A DNA stretch of 64,000 nucleotides from Gemmatimonadaceae bacterium (GCA_045804265.1 JBJMNK010000116.1:1867-65866), one strand, 5' to 3'; counted from the first letter of the stretch, positions 16,830 through 26,225 are shown. Program-made: numbers and translations. The notes: generated from the sequence alone by a model not told the origin.

Positions 16830-18275
16830 ATGAAACGTCCTGCCCTGCTCATCATGACGCTGGCCGCGGCGGGCTGCGCCACGACGGTGCCGCGCTCGAC
16901 GAGCGTGGCCGACGGTGCAGGCAGCAGTTCGGCGTCGATCCCCGCGCGATCGACCTACTGCAACCCACTCGATCTGGACTATCGCTTCGCGCTCGACACG
17001 CCGAGCCGCCGCGACGCGGCGGATCCGGTGATCGTGTTCTTCGACGACGAGTACTATCTCTTCGCGTCGAACAGCGGCGGGTACTGGCACTCGCGCGACA
17101 TGCGCGAATGGGCGCTCGTAACTCCAGACGGTCTCCCACGCATAGACGATGTACCGGCGATCCTCGTCCGCGATCGACGCGTCTACTACACGGCGAGCGA
17201 GTCGATGGCGCTCTACACGAGCGACGCGCCAGGGACGGGATCGTGGCGCAAGGTGGCTGATCTCGCGAGCTATGCCGAGCCTGCGCTGTTCGCCGACGAC
17301 GATGGGCGCGTGTACCTCTACTATCGCTCGGCCGCCGGCGACGCGATCTCGGCGGTGGAGCTCGATCCTCATGACGCGTTCAAGGTGCTCGGCGCGCCGC
17401 ACGACGTCGTGCGTATGCGCGCGGCGGCGCGGCCATGGATGACGAAGCACGACGGGCAGTACCATCTCGAGCTGTCGGGCGGTGTTGCGACTGCCGGCGG
17501 TGCGCGGGAACGCGCCTTCGTTTCAAGCGCGCCAACGGGCTCGTTCGCCGAGCTCCCGGGCGCTCGCGTGGCGTCCGGGCGCGAGGATCTCCCTCCCGCG
17601 GGACGCTCGTCGACGTTCCGCGATCGCGGCGGCCATCTCTGGCGCGCGACGACGATGCCTCTGTCGGCAGGGCACGCCCCCGAGCGACGGTTAGGCATCC
17701 TCCCCGCCGGCTTCGACAGCAGCGGGACGCTGCGGGTAGACGCGTCGCACGAGGATTATCCGCGACTCCTGCCTGACGTCGCGGACGCGCAGCTCCATCA
17801 TGGCCTGACGGGTTGGACGCTCCTGTCGGCGAGAAGGATCGCGACTGCATCCTCGAGCCTCGCGGACCATCTGCCTGCGCTCGCGTTCGATGAGGATGCG
17901 AGCACCTGGTGGAGCGCGGCGAGCGGTGGCGTCGGCGAGTGGCTCCGCGTGGACCTCGGATCGATCGTCCGGGTCACCGCCATCCAGATCAACTTCGCCG
18001 AGCAGGACACTCACACCCTCGGTCGTGACGACGACAGCTACCAGCAGTACATCGTCGAATCCTCGATCGACGGCAGTCGCTGGACGACGCGGCTCGACGA
18101 GAGCGCGGCGAAGCGCGACACCCCGCATCATTACGTGCAGCTCGACACGGCGCGGAACGCGCGCTACGTGAGGATCACCAACGTTCACGCGGCCTCGGGA
18201 GGGACGTTCGCCCTGCGCGGGCTGCGGATCTTCGGCGTCGGATCAGCGCTGCCGCAACGTCCATCATCAAGATGA
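16830..18275 (+). CDS. Glycoside hydrolase family 43 protein with C-terminal F5/8 type C (discoidin) domain, lipoprotein
   Basis: Lipobox MKRPALLIMTLAAAGC. GH43-like region DPVIVFFDDEYYLFASNSGGYWHS. C-terminal region WWSAASGGVGEWLRVDLGSIVRVTAIQINF...YVRITNV. Confidence 0.85.
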   Translation: MKRPALLIMTLAAAGCATTVPRSTSVADGAGSSSASIPARSTYCNPLDLDYRFALDTPSRRDAADPVIVFFDDEYYLFASNSGGYWHSRDMREWALVTPDGLPRIDDVPAILVRDRRVYYTASESMALYTSDAPGTGSWRKVADLASYAEPALFADDDGRVYLYYRSAAGDAISAVELDPHDAFKVLGAPHDVVRMRAAARPWMTKHDGQYHLELSGGVATAGGARERAFVSSAPTGSFAELPGARVASGREDLPPAGRSSTFRDRGGHLWRATTMPLSAGHAPERRLGILPAGFDSSGTLRVDASHEDYPRLLPDVADAQLHHGLTGWTLLSARRIATASSSLADHLPALAFDEDASTWWSAASGGVGEWLRVDLGSIVRVTAIQINFAEQDTHTLGRDDDSYQQYIVESSIDGSRWTTRLDESAAKRDTPHHYVQLDTARNARYVRITNVHAASGGTFALRGLRIFGVGSALPQRPSSR

Positions 18276-18859
18276 AGAATCTCTGGAGCTCCACCGCCCG
18301 CGACGACTGGCAAGGCGCTCTGGGTCGCTACGCCGCCGTCGTCGCGGCGCAGGGGGTCGGCCCGCTTCCGGCGCTCGACTCATGGTATCGCGACAAGTTG
18401 CCGGGGCTGATCGGGGCGCGCCGGCGCCCGCACGTGACGCACCCCGAGCTGGTCCGGGTGACCGAGTGGAAGATGGCGCGCGGTGTATGGCGAGCGCGGA
18501 ACCTGGCGCTGGTGCGGGGCAACGATCCGGGGCTCGTGGAAGAGACGAGCGCCGAAGCGTTAGGCGCTATCCCCGATGAGAGCGCGCCGATCTCGACGCT
18601 CGCCGAGCTGGCCGGCGTCGGGCCGGCGACGGCGTCGGCCGTCGTGGCGGCGGCCCGTCCGGATCTCTATCCGTTCTTCGACGAGCTGGTCGGGGCGCAG
18701 GTCCCAGGGCTCGGCAAGCTGGCCTTCTCGCTCGGCTACTACAAGCGCTATGCGGCGGCGCTGCGCGAGCGGGCGCGGGAGCTGGGCGAGGCGTGGACCC
18801 CCGTCATGGTCGAGCGCGCGTTATGGGCGAACGTCGGAGGAAAGAAGGGGGCGAAGTGA
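18272..18859 (+). CDS. Hypothetical protein with helix-hairpin-helix-like segment
   Basis: ATGA overlap with the upstream stop. LAELAGVGPATASAVVAA resembles an HhH motif. I cannot name a family with confidence. Confidence 0.6.
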   Translation: MKNLWSSTARDDWQGALGRYAAVVAAQGVGPLPALDSWYRDKLPGLIGARRRPHVTHPELVRVTEWKMARGVWRARNLALVRGNDPGLVEETSAEALGAIPDESAPISTLAELAGVGPATASAVVAAARPDLYPFFDELVGAQVPGLGKLAFSLGYYKRYAAALRERARELGEAWTPVMVERALWANVGGKKGAK

Positions 18860-19714
18860 GGTGACGCGGACCCAATCGACGAGCACATCGCCCTGCCCGT
18901 TCCTGATGCGGTCGACCGTTTCCCGCGGAAGGCCGGGGTAGGGAAGTCGCACGCCGTTCGTCTTCAGCGGGTAGGCACCGCCTAACGCGAGGTTGAGGAT
19001 GAGGAACTTCGGATTGTCGTAGGCCCAGCGCCCATAGTTCTCGATCATCGGACGTGTCGCCCGATAGACGAGCGTCTGGTCGATGCGGAAGGTGATGGTG
19101 TCGGGGCGCCAGTCCACGGTGTAGACGTGCCAGTGCGTGACGTCGTCGCCAGCGGGGAGATAGAGGCGATTGAAGAGCGGCGTGTCGCCCGAATAGCCCG
19201 GCCCGTGAAGCGCGACGCTCGCCCAGTCGGGCTCACCGACGTTCTCCATCACGTCGATCTCCCCGGTCGCCGGCCAGTCGCCGGCGCCGAGCAGCCAGAA
19301 CGCCGGCCAGAAGCCACTACCCGCGGGCAGCTTCATTCGCGCCGAGGCGACGCCGTACGTGAAGTCGAAGTGATGGTGCGAGTCGAGGTGGGCCGAGACG
19401 AAGTCGTGGCGATTGCCGTCGGCCGAGACATACCCGGGCGCGTAGCGCGGCCGGATGACGAGCGCGCCGTTCGACGCGCCACGCGCCTCGGCGCCACGCG
19501 CGATGAACAGCGTCGGTGCGCTATCGACGTACGCCTGCTGCTCGTCGTTGTACGCGGCGCCGCGGACTTCGACGTTCCACTTCGTGCGGTCGAGCGCCGG
19601 GCCGGCGAAGTCGTCGAAGAAGACGACGTCGGACGGCGCAGGCGCGGATGCGGGGCGTCGGGTGCATCCCGCGGCGGCGATCACAACCAATGCAACGAAT
19701 CCCGTTAGGCGCAT
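18821..19714 (-). CDS. Glycoside hydrolase family 16 (beta-glucanase/laminarinase-like) lipoprotein
   Basis: Lipobox MRLTGFVALVVIAAAGC. GH16 catalytic motif GEIDVMENVG (ExDxxE), plus WPAFWLLG. Confidence 0.85.
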   Translation of the reverse strand: MRLTGFVALVVIAAAGCTRRPASAPAPSDVVFFDDFAGPALDRTKWNVEVRGAAYNDEQQAYVDSAPTLFIARGAEARGASNGALVIRPRYAPGYVSADGNRHDFVSAHLDSHHHFDFTYGVASARMKLPAGSGFWPAFWLLGAGDWPATGEIDVMENVGEPDWASVALHGPGYSGDTPLFNRLYLPAGDDVTHWHVYTVDWRPDTITFRIDQTLVYRATRPMIENYGRWAYDNPKFLILNLALGGAYPLKTNGVRLPYPGLPRETVDRIRNGQGDVLVDWVRVTSLRPLLSSDVRP

Positions 19715-19730
19715 CGAACCTCCTGACTGG

Positions 19731-19837
19731 GCTGTAAGCGATAAGCTATAAGCAGTCAGCGGATCGCGTCGCGGACCGCGTCACCGCAGGCCGGTTGCGC
19801 CGTCCGCTGACAGCTCATGGCTTACAGCTTATCGCGG
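19731..19837. repeat. Long imperfect palindrome with arms made of tandem xxxTAAG octamers
   Basis: GCTGTAAGCGATAAGCTATAAGCAGTCAGCGGA...TCCGCTGACAGCTCATGGCTTACAGCTTATCGCGG, lying between two same-strand genes. Confidence 0.6.
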
Positions 19838-19841
19838 ACTC

Positions 19842-21407
19842 CTACCAGTCCGTCGGCTTGTAGTCCTTGAGGAAGTGCCCCCAGACATGTTGTCCCGTAT
19901 TGAAGCCGTCGATGATCGGGTCGACGATGCGCGCGGCGCCATCGACGATGTCGAGCGGGGGATGGAAGCGGTGCTCGGCGACTTTTCGCGCGGCGATCTC
20001 CGCCGGGTCTTCGTCGGTGACCCAGCCGGTGTCGACGCTGTTCATGTGAATGCCGTCGGCGATGTAATCGGCGGCGGAGGTGCGCGTCATCATGTTCAGC
20101 GCGGCCTTCGCCATGTTCGTGTGCGGATGTCGCGTCGTCTTGAAGGTGCGATAGAACTGCCCTTCCATCGCCGAGACGTTGACGATGTGCTTGTCGCGCT
20201 CCGGCGTCTTCATCATCAGCGGCTTGAGGCGCGCGTTGAGGATGAATGGCGCGACGGCGTTGACGAGCTGTACCTCGAGCAACTCGACCGACGGCACTTC
20301 GGCGAGCATCAATCGCCACGAGTTGCGGCCGCGGAGGTCCACCTGCTGCATGTCCTGGTCGAGCCGTCCCTCGGGGAAGAGATCCTTCTGCGCGATGCGT
20401 TCCTCGGGGAGGAGCGCGACCTGTGAAAGCGCCGCGGCATGCGCGAGCCCGGCCGCGTCGGCGATCCCGGCGTCGAGCGCGAGCGAGCGGTCGCCCTCGG
20501 GGAGCATCGAGTATCCGCGCAGCCCCTCATAACGGCCGACCAGCTTGCGCACGTGCGCCGGCATCTCGCTCAGCGCCGCCATCTCGCCGGCCATCATGTG
20601 CTGGTAGAAGTCGGGCGGCCGCCTAACGGTCTGGCAGGCGTTGTTGACGATGAAGTCGAGCCGCTGGTGCGAGGTGACCAGCTCGTGGCAGAACGCCTCG
20701 ACGCTCGGCGTGTGCCGGAGGTCGAGGCCGAAGATCTCGAGGCGGTCGGACCAGTCCTCGAAGTCCGGCTCCTGCGCGTAGCGCGCCGCCGAGTCGCGCG
20801 GGAAGCGTGTGGTGACGATGAGGTGCGCGCCGGCGCGAAGCAGCTTGATCCCCGCCTGGTACCCGATCTTGACGCGACCGCCGGTGAGCAGCGCGACGCG
20901 ACCGCGGAGGTCGGCGGTCTCCGTGCGCTTGGCGAAGTTCAGCGTGGCGCAGGACGGGCAGAGCTGGTCGTAGAAGTGGTGCAGCTCGGCGTAGTCCCGC
21001 TTGCAGATGTAGCAGTTCTGGGTGATGCCATGATCGGCGCTGCCCGATTGACCAGGGAGCTCACCGATGCTGGCCGGCGGGAAAACGTTAGGCGAGGTAT
21101 AGACCGGCTGCCGCCGCAGCTTGCGGATCCCGGTCTCGGCGAGCGCACTCTCGGCGCGCTGGACCTTCTCGGCCTTGCGAGCCCGCTTGGTGAACTTGAG
21201 GAGCTGGCGCCGCTCGACCGCGTCAGGGCGCGAGACGCGCCCCGCCGCCTGAAGGAAGCGAGTCCGCTCCTCCGACGGGACGTGGCCAAGCAGCGCGCGA
21301 TCGGCGGCAACCGCCTCGAGCAGCTCGGTGGCCGCGCGAAGCTGGTCGAGCAGGGTGACGCCGTCGAGCCGGGGTGCAGCGGGCGCTTCGGGAAGACTTG
21401 TGGACAT
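19842..21407 (-). CDS. SDR family oxidoreductase with long N-terminal extension
   Basis: The Rossmann motif reads ALLTGGRVKIGYQAG. An SDR core follows. The N-terminal region contains a CxxC...CxxC pair (CYICKRD...CPSC). Confidence 0.8.
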   Translation of the reverse strand: MSTSLPEAPAAPRLDGVTLLDQLRAATELLEAVAADRALLGHVPSEERTRFLQAAGRVSRPDAVERRQLLKFTKRARKAEKVQRAESALAETGIRKLRRQPVYTSPNVFPPASIGELPGQSGSADHGITQNCYICKRDYAELHHFYDQLCPSCATLNFAKRTETADLRGRVALLTGGRVKIGYQAGIKLLRAGAHLIVTTRFPRDSAARYAQEPDFEDWSDRLEIFGLDLRHTPSVEAFCHELVTSHQRLDFIVNNACQTVRRPPDFYQHMMAGEMAALSEMPAHVRKLVGRYEGLRGYSMLPEGDRSLALDAGIADAAGLAHAAALSQVALLPEERIAQKDLFPEGRLDQDMQQVDLRGRNSWRLMLAEVPSVELLEVQLVNAVAPFILNARLKPLMMKTPERDKHIVNVSAMEGQFYRTFKTTRHPHTNMAKAALNMMTRTSAADYIADGIHMNSVDTGWVTDEDPAEIAARKVAEHRFHPPLDIVDGAARIVDPIIDGFNTGQHVWGHFLKDYKPTDW

Positions 21408-21465
21408 CCATGAAATCTAACCGCTCCAAGCGACCGGGAGTGCGTGCCGGTGCTACGAGGTTCGC

Positions 21466-22716
21466 CTACTCGTAGCGGAGTGCCTCGACCGGGTCCAATC
21501 TCGCTGCCCGTGCCGCCGGGAGCAGCCCGAAGACGATGCCGGCGAAGGCGCTGCCGAAGAGGGCGGCCGCGATGGCGGCGGGTGGAGCGGCGGCGTTGAT
21601 CGGCGTCGTCGAGCGAATGAGGTATGTGAGCCCGCCACCGACGACGAGACCGACAATCGCGCCGATGGTGGTGAGCGTCGCGGCCTCGACGAGGAACTGC
21701 CAGAGGATCGTCCCCTTCGTGGCGCCTAACGCCTTCCGGACGCCGATCTCGCGCGTCCGCTCGGTGACCGAGATCATCATGATCGCGACCACGCCGACAC
21801 CGCCGACGCAGAGGCCGATCGCGGAGAGGGTGATCATGACGATGAAGAAGACGCCGACGATCTTGTTGTACAGCTCCATGATCTTCTCGGGCGTCGACGT
21901 GAAGAAGTCGTTCTGCTGGGCGGGGCGGAGGTGACGGGTCGTGCGCAGGGCGGCGATCGTCTCGTCCATCGCGGCGTCGCGAGCGACCCCTTCGCGCGGC
22001 GTCACGGTGAGGTCCATCCAGTCGTCGTCGACGTTCATGTGACGGACGGCCGTCAGGTAGGGCATCACCAGCTTCCCCTTCGAGCCGGAGTCGAAGGCAT
22101 TGGCGAGCGGCTCGTAGACGCCGATCACCAGGAACGCCTTGCCGCGCAGGCGGATCGTCTTGCCGATGGCGTCGCCACCGGCGAACAACCGGTCGGCGAC
22201 CTTCTGGTTGATCAGCACGACGTTGGCCGCGTTGTCGTCCTCCTGCTGGGTGAAGTCGCGGCCGGCAATGATGTCGCCGCCGTTCACCTCGATCCAGCCG
22301 GTGGTGTAGGCGGCAAGGTCGACACCCGGGAGGTCGCGGTCACCGTAGCGCGCGGAGCTCGAGGACCCGATGTGCGCGACGACCGCCTTGATGCTCGGCA
22401 GCTGCGCGATGTCCTTCCCCTGATCGAGCGTGAGCGGCGCATTGTGCCGCCAGGGGCAGCTGTCGGCGCTTCCGTTGCAGCTGTTGATCTCCGGCGGCCA
22501 GCGAGTGAGGAAGAAGGTCGTCGGGCCCGCGGCAGCGATGCTCTGTCGGACCCCTTCGTTGATCCCGTGCACCGCCGCCGACATGACGGTGACGACGAAG
22601 ACGCCGACCGCGATGCCGAGGATGGTGAGGCCGGCGCGGACCTTGTTCGAGCGGATCGCGTCGATCGCGATACGGACGCCCTCGAGCAGCGAGTAGACCC
22701 TGGTGCCGATGGACAT
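21466..22716 (-). CDS. ABC transporter permease, MacB/FtsX type
   Basis: The layout is an N-terminal TM, a large periplasmic domain and a C-terminal FtsX 3-TM domain. Motif ERTREIGVRKALGATKGTILWQFLVEA. Confidence 0.85.
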   Translation of the reverse strand: MSIGTRVYSLLEGVRIAIDAIRSNKVRAGLTILGIAVGVFVVTVMSAAVHGINEGVRQSIAAAGPTTFFLTRWPPEINSCNGSADSCPWRHNAPLTLDQGKDIAQLPSIKAVVAHIGSSSSARYGDRDLPGVDLAAYTTGWIEVNGGDIIAGRDFTQQEDDNAANVVLINQKVADRLFAGGDAIGKTIRLRGKAFLVIGVYEPLANAFDSGSKGKLVMPYLTAVRHMNVDDDWMDLTVTPREGVARDAAMDETIAALRTTRHLRPAQQNDFFTSTPEKIMELYNKIVGVFFIVMITLSAIGLCVGGVGVVAIMMISVTERTREIGVRKALGATKGTILWQFLVEAATLTTIGAIVGLVVGGGLTYLIRSTTPINAAAPPAAIAAALFGSAFAGIVFGLLPAARAARLDPVEALRYE

Positions 22717-22719
22717 TGG

Positions 22720-23961
22720 CTACTCCGACCGCATCGCGGCGATGGGGTCGAGCCGCGACGCACGGCTCGCCGGATATGCGCCGGCGGTGATGCCGACACC
22801 GGCGCCGATGACGACGCCGAGCGCGATGGACCACGGCGCGACGGCGGCAGGGAGCGGGGAGACGGCGGCGATCAGCTGCGAGAGGCCGATGCCTAACGCG
22901 ATGCCGAGGATCGCCCCGACGACGCTCAGCGCCGCCGACTCGGCGAGGAACTGGCGCAGGATGTCGCGGTTGCGCGCGCCCAACGACTTGCGGATCCCGA
23001 TCTCGCGCGTGCGCTCGGCGACGGCGACGAGCATGATGTTCATGATGACGATGGACCCGACGATCAGGCCGATCGCGGGGAGCGCGATCCCGGCGAGCAC
23101 GAGATACTGCTTGATCTTGAGCCACCCGGAGAGCGCACTCTCGGAGCTCTCGAAGGAGAAGTTGTCCGGCTGCGCGGGGCGGAGGTGGCGGCGCCGGCGC
23201 ATCGTCTCCCGCACCATCTCCTGGAGCGGCTTGAGCTTCGACGGGTCCGGCGCCTGCACGACGACACCGTAGAGGTTCTGCCTGACGTTGGTGATCCGTC
23301 CCATGTACGAGTGGAAGGGCGCGATCACCTGGCGGTCGAGCGAGAGGCCGAAGACGGTGCCCTGTTTCTCGAGCACGCCGATCACGGTGAAGGGAAACTT
23401 GTTGACCTTGAGCTCGCGGCCGATCGGGTCGAGGTTCGGGAAATAATGCTCGGCGATCTCGGTCCCGATGACGACCACCGACGACCCGAGCTGGTCGTCC
23501 TGGTCGGTGAAGAGCCGCCCCTCAGTGACTGCGAGGTTCTTGATCCGGAAGAAATCGGGGGTCACCGCCTGGGCGAGTATCTGCGGACCGCCGGGGGTGA
23601 AGTGCGAGCTGCCGTCGCCCCAGGTAATCCCGTGCATCGCCCAGCCCGCGCCACTCGGCAGCGCCTCGCGGACGGCGAGCGCGTCGTCCACCGAGATCTT
23701 GGGACGCCTGAGCCACATCTTCCACGTCTCTTCCGTCTCGTCGGTGTTGATGTCCGGGAAGCGGCGCAGGTTGAAAGTGTTGACGCCGAGGAATTTCCCG
23801 GCGAAGTCCTCCTCGACGTAGCGGCTCATCCCCTGCACGATCGACACGACCGCGATCAGGAACATCACGCTGATGGTGACGCCAATCAGCGTGAAGAAGC
23901 TCTTCAGCTTCTGGACGCGAAGCTGCTGAAGGGCGAGACGAACGGCTTCGAAGACTGGCAT
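22720..23961 (-). CDS. ABC transporter permease, MacB/FtsX type (paralogue of the adjacent gene)
   Basis: Same architecture as the adjacent gene. Motif ERTREIGIRKSLGARNRDILRQFLAES. Confidence 0.85.
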   Translation of the reverse strand: MPVFEAVRLALQQLRVQKLKSFFTLIGVTISVMFLIAVVSIVQGMSRYVEEDFAGKFLGVNTFNLRRFPDINTDETEETWKMWLRRPKISVDDALAVREALPSGAGWAMHGITWGDGSSHFTPGGPQILAQAVTPDFFRIKNLAVTEGRLFTDQDDQLGSSVVVIGTEIAEHYFPNLDPIGRELKVNKFPFTVIGVLEKQGTVFGLSLDRQVIAPFHSYMGRITNVRQNLYGVVVQAPDPSKLKPLQEMVRETMRRRRHLRPAQPDNFSFESSESALSGWLKIKQYLVLAGIALPAIGLIVGSIVIMNIMLVAVAERTREIGIRKSLGARNRDILRQFLAESAALSVVGAILGIALGIGLSQLIAAVSPLPAAVAPWSIALGVVIGAGVGITAGAYPASRASRLDPIAAMRSE

Positions 23962-24043
23962 GACGTTGTACCGGCGGGGGGATTCCGGGCTTTACGCGGG
24001 GAGGGCTGAGTTGGTGTCAGCGATCGCGATGCATGGTGATTCT

Positions 24044-24261
24044 GAACTGCGGAGATGGGGCCCTACGAAACCGCGGCGCCATGGATCGGGAGAAAGCCCG
24101 GTAGGCGACAGGGCGCGGAGCGCGGATAAGAAATCGCAATGCGCCGTGGTCCTCGTTCCGCCGGCAAGCCGGTTTCACCTCCCCTGGCCCCGCGCCGTGT
24201 CAGCTATCCGGCTTTCTCCCGATCCGCCCTCCGCGTTTTCGTAGGGCCCCTGTCCGCAGTT
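24044..24261. repeat. Family B MITE-like element (about 75-bp imperfect terminal inverted repeats)
   Basis: The left arm is AACTGCGGAGATGGGGCCCTACGAAACCGCGG...GGATCGGGAGAAAGCCCGG. It pairs with the right arm CCGGCTTTCTCCCGATCC...TTTTCGTAGGGCCCCTGTCCGCAGTT. The right arm is closely similar to 56170-56250. Confidence 0.65.
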
Positions 24262-24284
24262 TCGAGTTCGCCCTGCATCGACAC

Positions 24285-24566
24285 TCAGCCACCGCTGACG
24301 GCGGGGACAATTGTTATCGTCGCTCCCTCGTCGAGCTTTGTCCCGAGTCCGTCAAGAAACTTGATGCTCTCGTCGCCGACGAAGACGTTGACGTGGCGAC
24401 GGAGCTCGCCCTGCTCGGTGAGGACGCGATCGGTGAGGGCAGGGAGTCTCGCGGCCACGGCCGCGAGGGCGTCGGCCACGGTTGCACACCGCTCGCTGAC
24501 CACCAGGGTGCCGACGCCCCTGCTATAGGGCGTCAGCGCGTTAGGCACGATCACCGAGATTGCCAT
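24285..24566 (-). CDS. MoaD/ThiS family sulfur-carrier-like protein (C-terminal GG)
   Basis: 93-aa beta-grasp-like sequence ending ...TITIVPAVSGG. Confidence 0.8.
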   Translation of the reverse strand: MAISVIVPNALTPYSRGVGTLVVSERCATVADALAAVAARLPALTDRVLTEQGELRRHVNVFVGDESIKFLDGLGTKLDEGATITIVPAVSGG

Positions 24567-24588
24567 GTCGCTCGTCGTCGCGGGTCGG

Positions 24589-25719
24589 TCAGGCAGTGCC
24601 GACGACGGCGGCCTTCACGCAGCAGACCGGTGGCAGCGCATCGGCCAGCTCCATCCAGCTTTCACCGGCGTCGTTCGAGCCGAAGACCTTGCCGCTGCGC
24701 GTGCCGAAGTAGACACCAGCCGGGTCGTGGCTGTCGGCGGTGAGCCCGTCGCGAAGGACGTTCTCGTAGGCCTGCTCCTGCGGGAGCCCGTTCGCGAGGG
24801 GCTGCCATGACTTGCCGGCGTCGCGCGTGCGATAGACGCGGAGCTTCCCATCGGGGACGACGCGGAACTCGTCGGACTTGATCGGGACGATGTAGACGGT
24901 GTCGGGATCGTGCGGGTGCATCTGCATCGCGAAGCCGAAGTCCGACGGGACGCCGTTGGCGATGTCCTGCCATGTGTCGCCCCAATCGTCGCTCCGGTAC
25001 AAGCCCCAGTGGTTCTGGAGGAAGAGGCGTTCGGGGCGCGAGGGATGGTTCACCACCTTGTGCACGCACTGCCCGAACTCGGGATACTTGTTGGGGAGGA
25101 AGACGGCGCGGACGCCGTTGTTGCGCGGACGCCAGCTCTTGCCGCCATCGTCGGTGCGATAGAAGCCGGCGGTCGAGATGGCGATCGCCATCCGCTGCTT
25201 GTCCTTTGGGTCCGAGACGATCGTATGGAGACAGAGCCCGCCCCCACCGGGCATCCAGTACTGCCGATGCTCGTGCTTGAGCAGTCCGTCCACCGGCGCC
25301 CAGCTCTCGCCGGCGTCGCGCGACTCGAAGAGTGCGGCCGGTTCGACGCCGCACCAGACGACGTCCGGCTCGTCGGCGCGCCCGGGGGTGATCTGCCATA
25401 CCTGAGCGAGCGAGAGCCCCGAGTCCTCGGGGAAGCGCACTGCCTGACGTTCGGGGCCGGTCCACGTCCGTCCGAAATCGTCGCTGAGGCGGATCGTGCT
25501 CCCCCAGTGATTGCTGTGCGCACCGACCAGCGTTCGCGTGCGCCCGCCGCGCTGATCGTACGCGATCGAGTAGATCGCCTCACCGGGAAAATGCGGCCCG
25601 TCCACCTTCCACTTCTTCCGCGACTTGTCGGCGGAGAGGATGAATGCGCCCTTCATCGTCCCGACGAGAAGTAGCACGTCGCCGTCGCGTGGACTGGTCG
25701 AAGCAGTGGCTGTGGTCAT
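24589..25719 (-). CDS. BNR/Asp-box repeat beta-propeller protein (sialidase-fold, function unknown)
   Basis: Repeated SxDxGxTW-type boxes: SDDFGRTW, SRDAGESW, TDDGGKSW, SDDWGDTW, TRDAGKSW and SNDAGESW. The start was set at MTTATAS. The upstream part of the track ORF is Arg-rich. Confidence 0.8.
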   Translation of the reverse strand: MTTATASTSPRDGDVLLLVGTMKGAFILSADKSRKKWKVDGPHFPGEAIYSIAYDQRGGRTRTLVGAHSNHWGSTIRLSDDFGRTWTGPERQAVRFPEDSGLSLAQVWQITPGRADEPDVVWCGVEPAALFESRDAGESWAPVDGLLKHEHRQYWMPGGGGLCLHTIVSDPKDKQRMAIAISTAGFYRTDDGGKSWRPRNNGVRAVFLPNKYPEFGQCVHKVVNHPSRPERLFLQNHWGLYRSDDWGDTWQDIANGVPSDFGFAMQMHPHDPDTVYIVPIKSDEFRVVPDGKLRVYRTRDAGKSWQPLANGLPQEQAYENVLRDGLTADSHDPAGVYFGTRSGKVFGSNDAGESWMELADALPPVCCVKAAVVGTA

Positions 25720-25721
25720 CG

Positions 25722-26225
25722 TCAGGGTTGGTTGAAGCGGACCGAGCGCAGCACGGTGAGCAGTGCGCGTTGCCCGTTGGGAGTGTTGGCGGCGCCGCCC
25801 ATCCAGAGATGCGTGCCCGCGCCGACGTCGCGCCACGCCGCGGCCGCGCCGAACGCAAGCCGATCCGGCCAGGTGAGCATCACGACCGCGGGACGACCAC
25901 CGATCGATCCCGGACATTCGAGGTGCATGTCCGTCGCGTCGGCGGTCGATCGCAGGTCATCGGCGGAATTTCCATAGTCGATGCTCAGCGTCAGCCCCTC
26001 GGCTTCGAAGCCGCGCACGTGCGATCGCACCTGCTCGACCTTGTTCTCACGAAAGCCGGGCGGAAGGAGGAACGAGAATCCGTTCTCGTCAGCGACCCGG
26101 CTCCAGCCGCTGGTGTCGGCGGACGCCGTCAGGCAGTTGAGCTGGGAGCTCGTCCCGCTGGACAGCGGGACGCAGGCGACGCTGCCTAACGCGAGGATGA
26201 GCGAAAGCTGGCGGACGGACGGCAT
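25722..26225 (-). CDS. Hypothetical lipoprotein
   Basis: MPSVRQLSLILALGSVAC lipobox. No recognisable family. Confidence 0.55.
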   Translation of the reverse strand: MPSVRQLSLILALGSVACVPLSSGTSSQLNCLTASADTSGWSRVADENGFSFLLPPGFRENKVEQVRSHVRGFEAEGLTLSIDYGNSADDLRSTADATDMHLECPGSIGGRPAVVMLTWPDRLAFGAAAAWRDVGAGTHLWMGGAANTPNGQRALLTVLRSVRFNQP

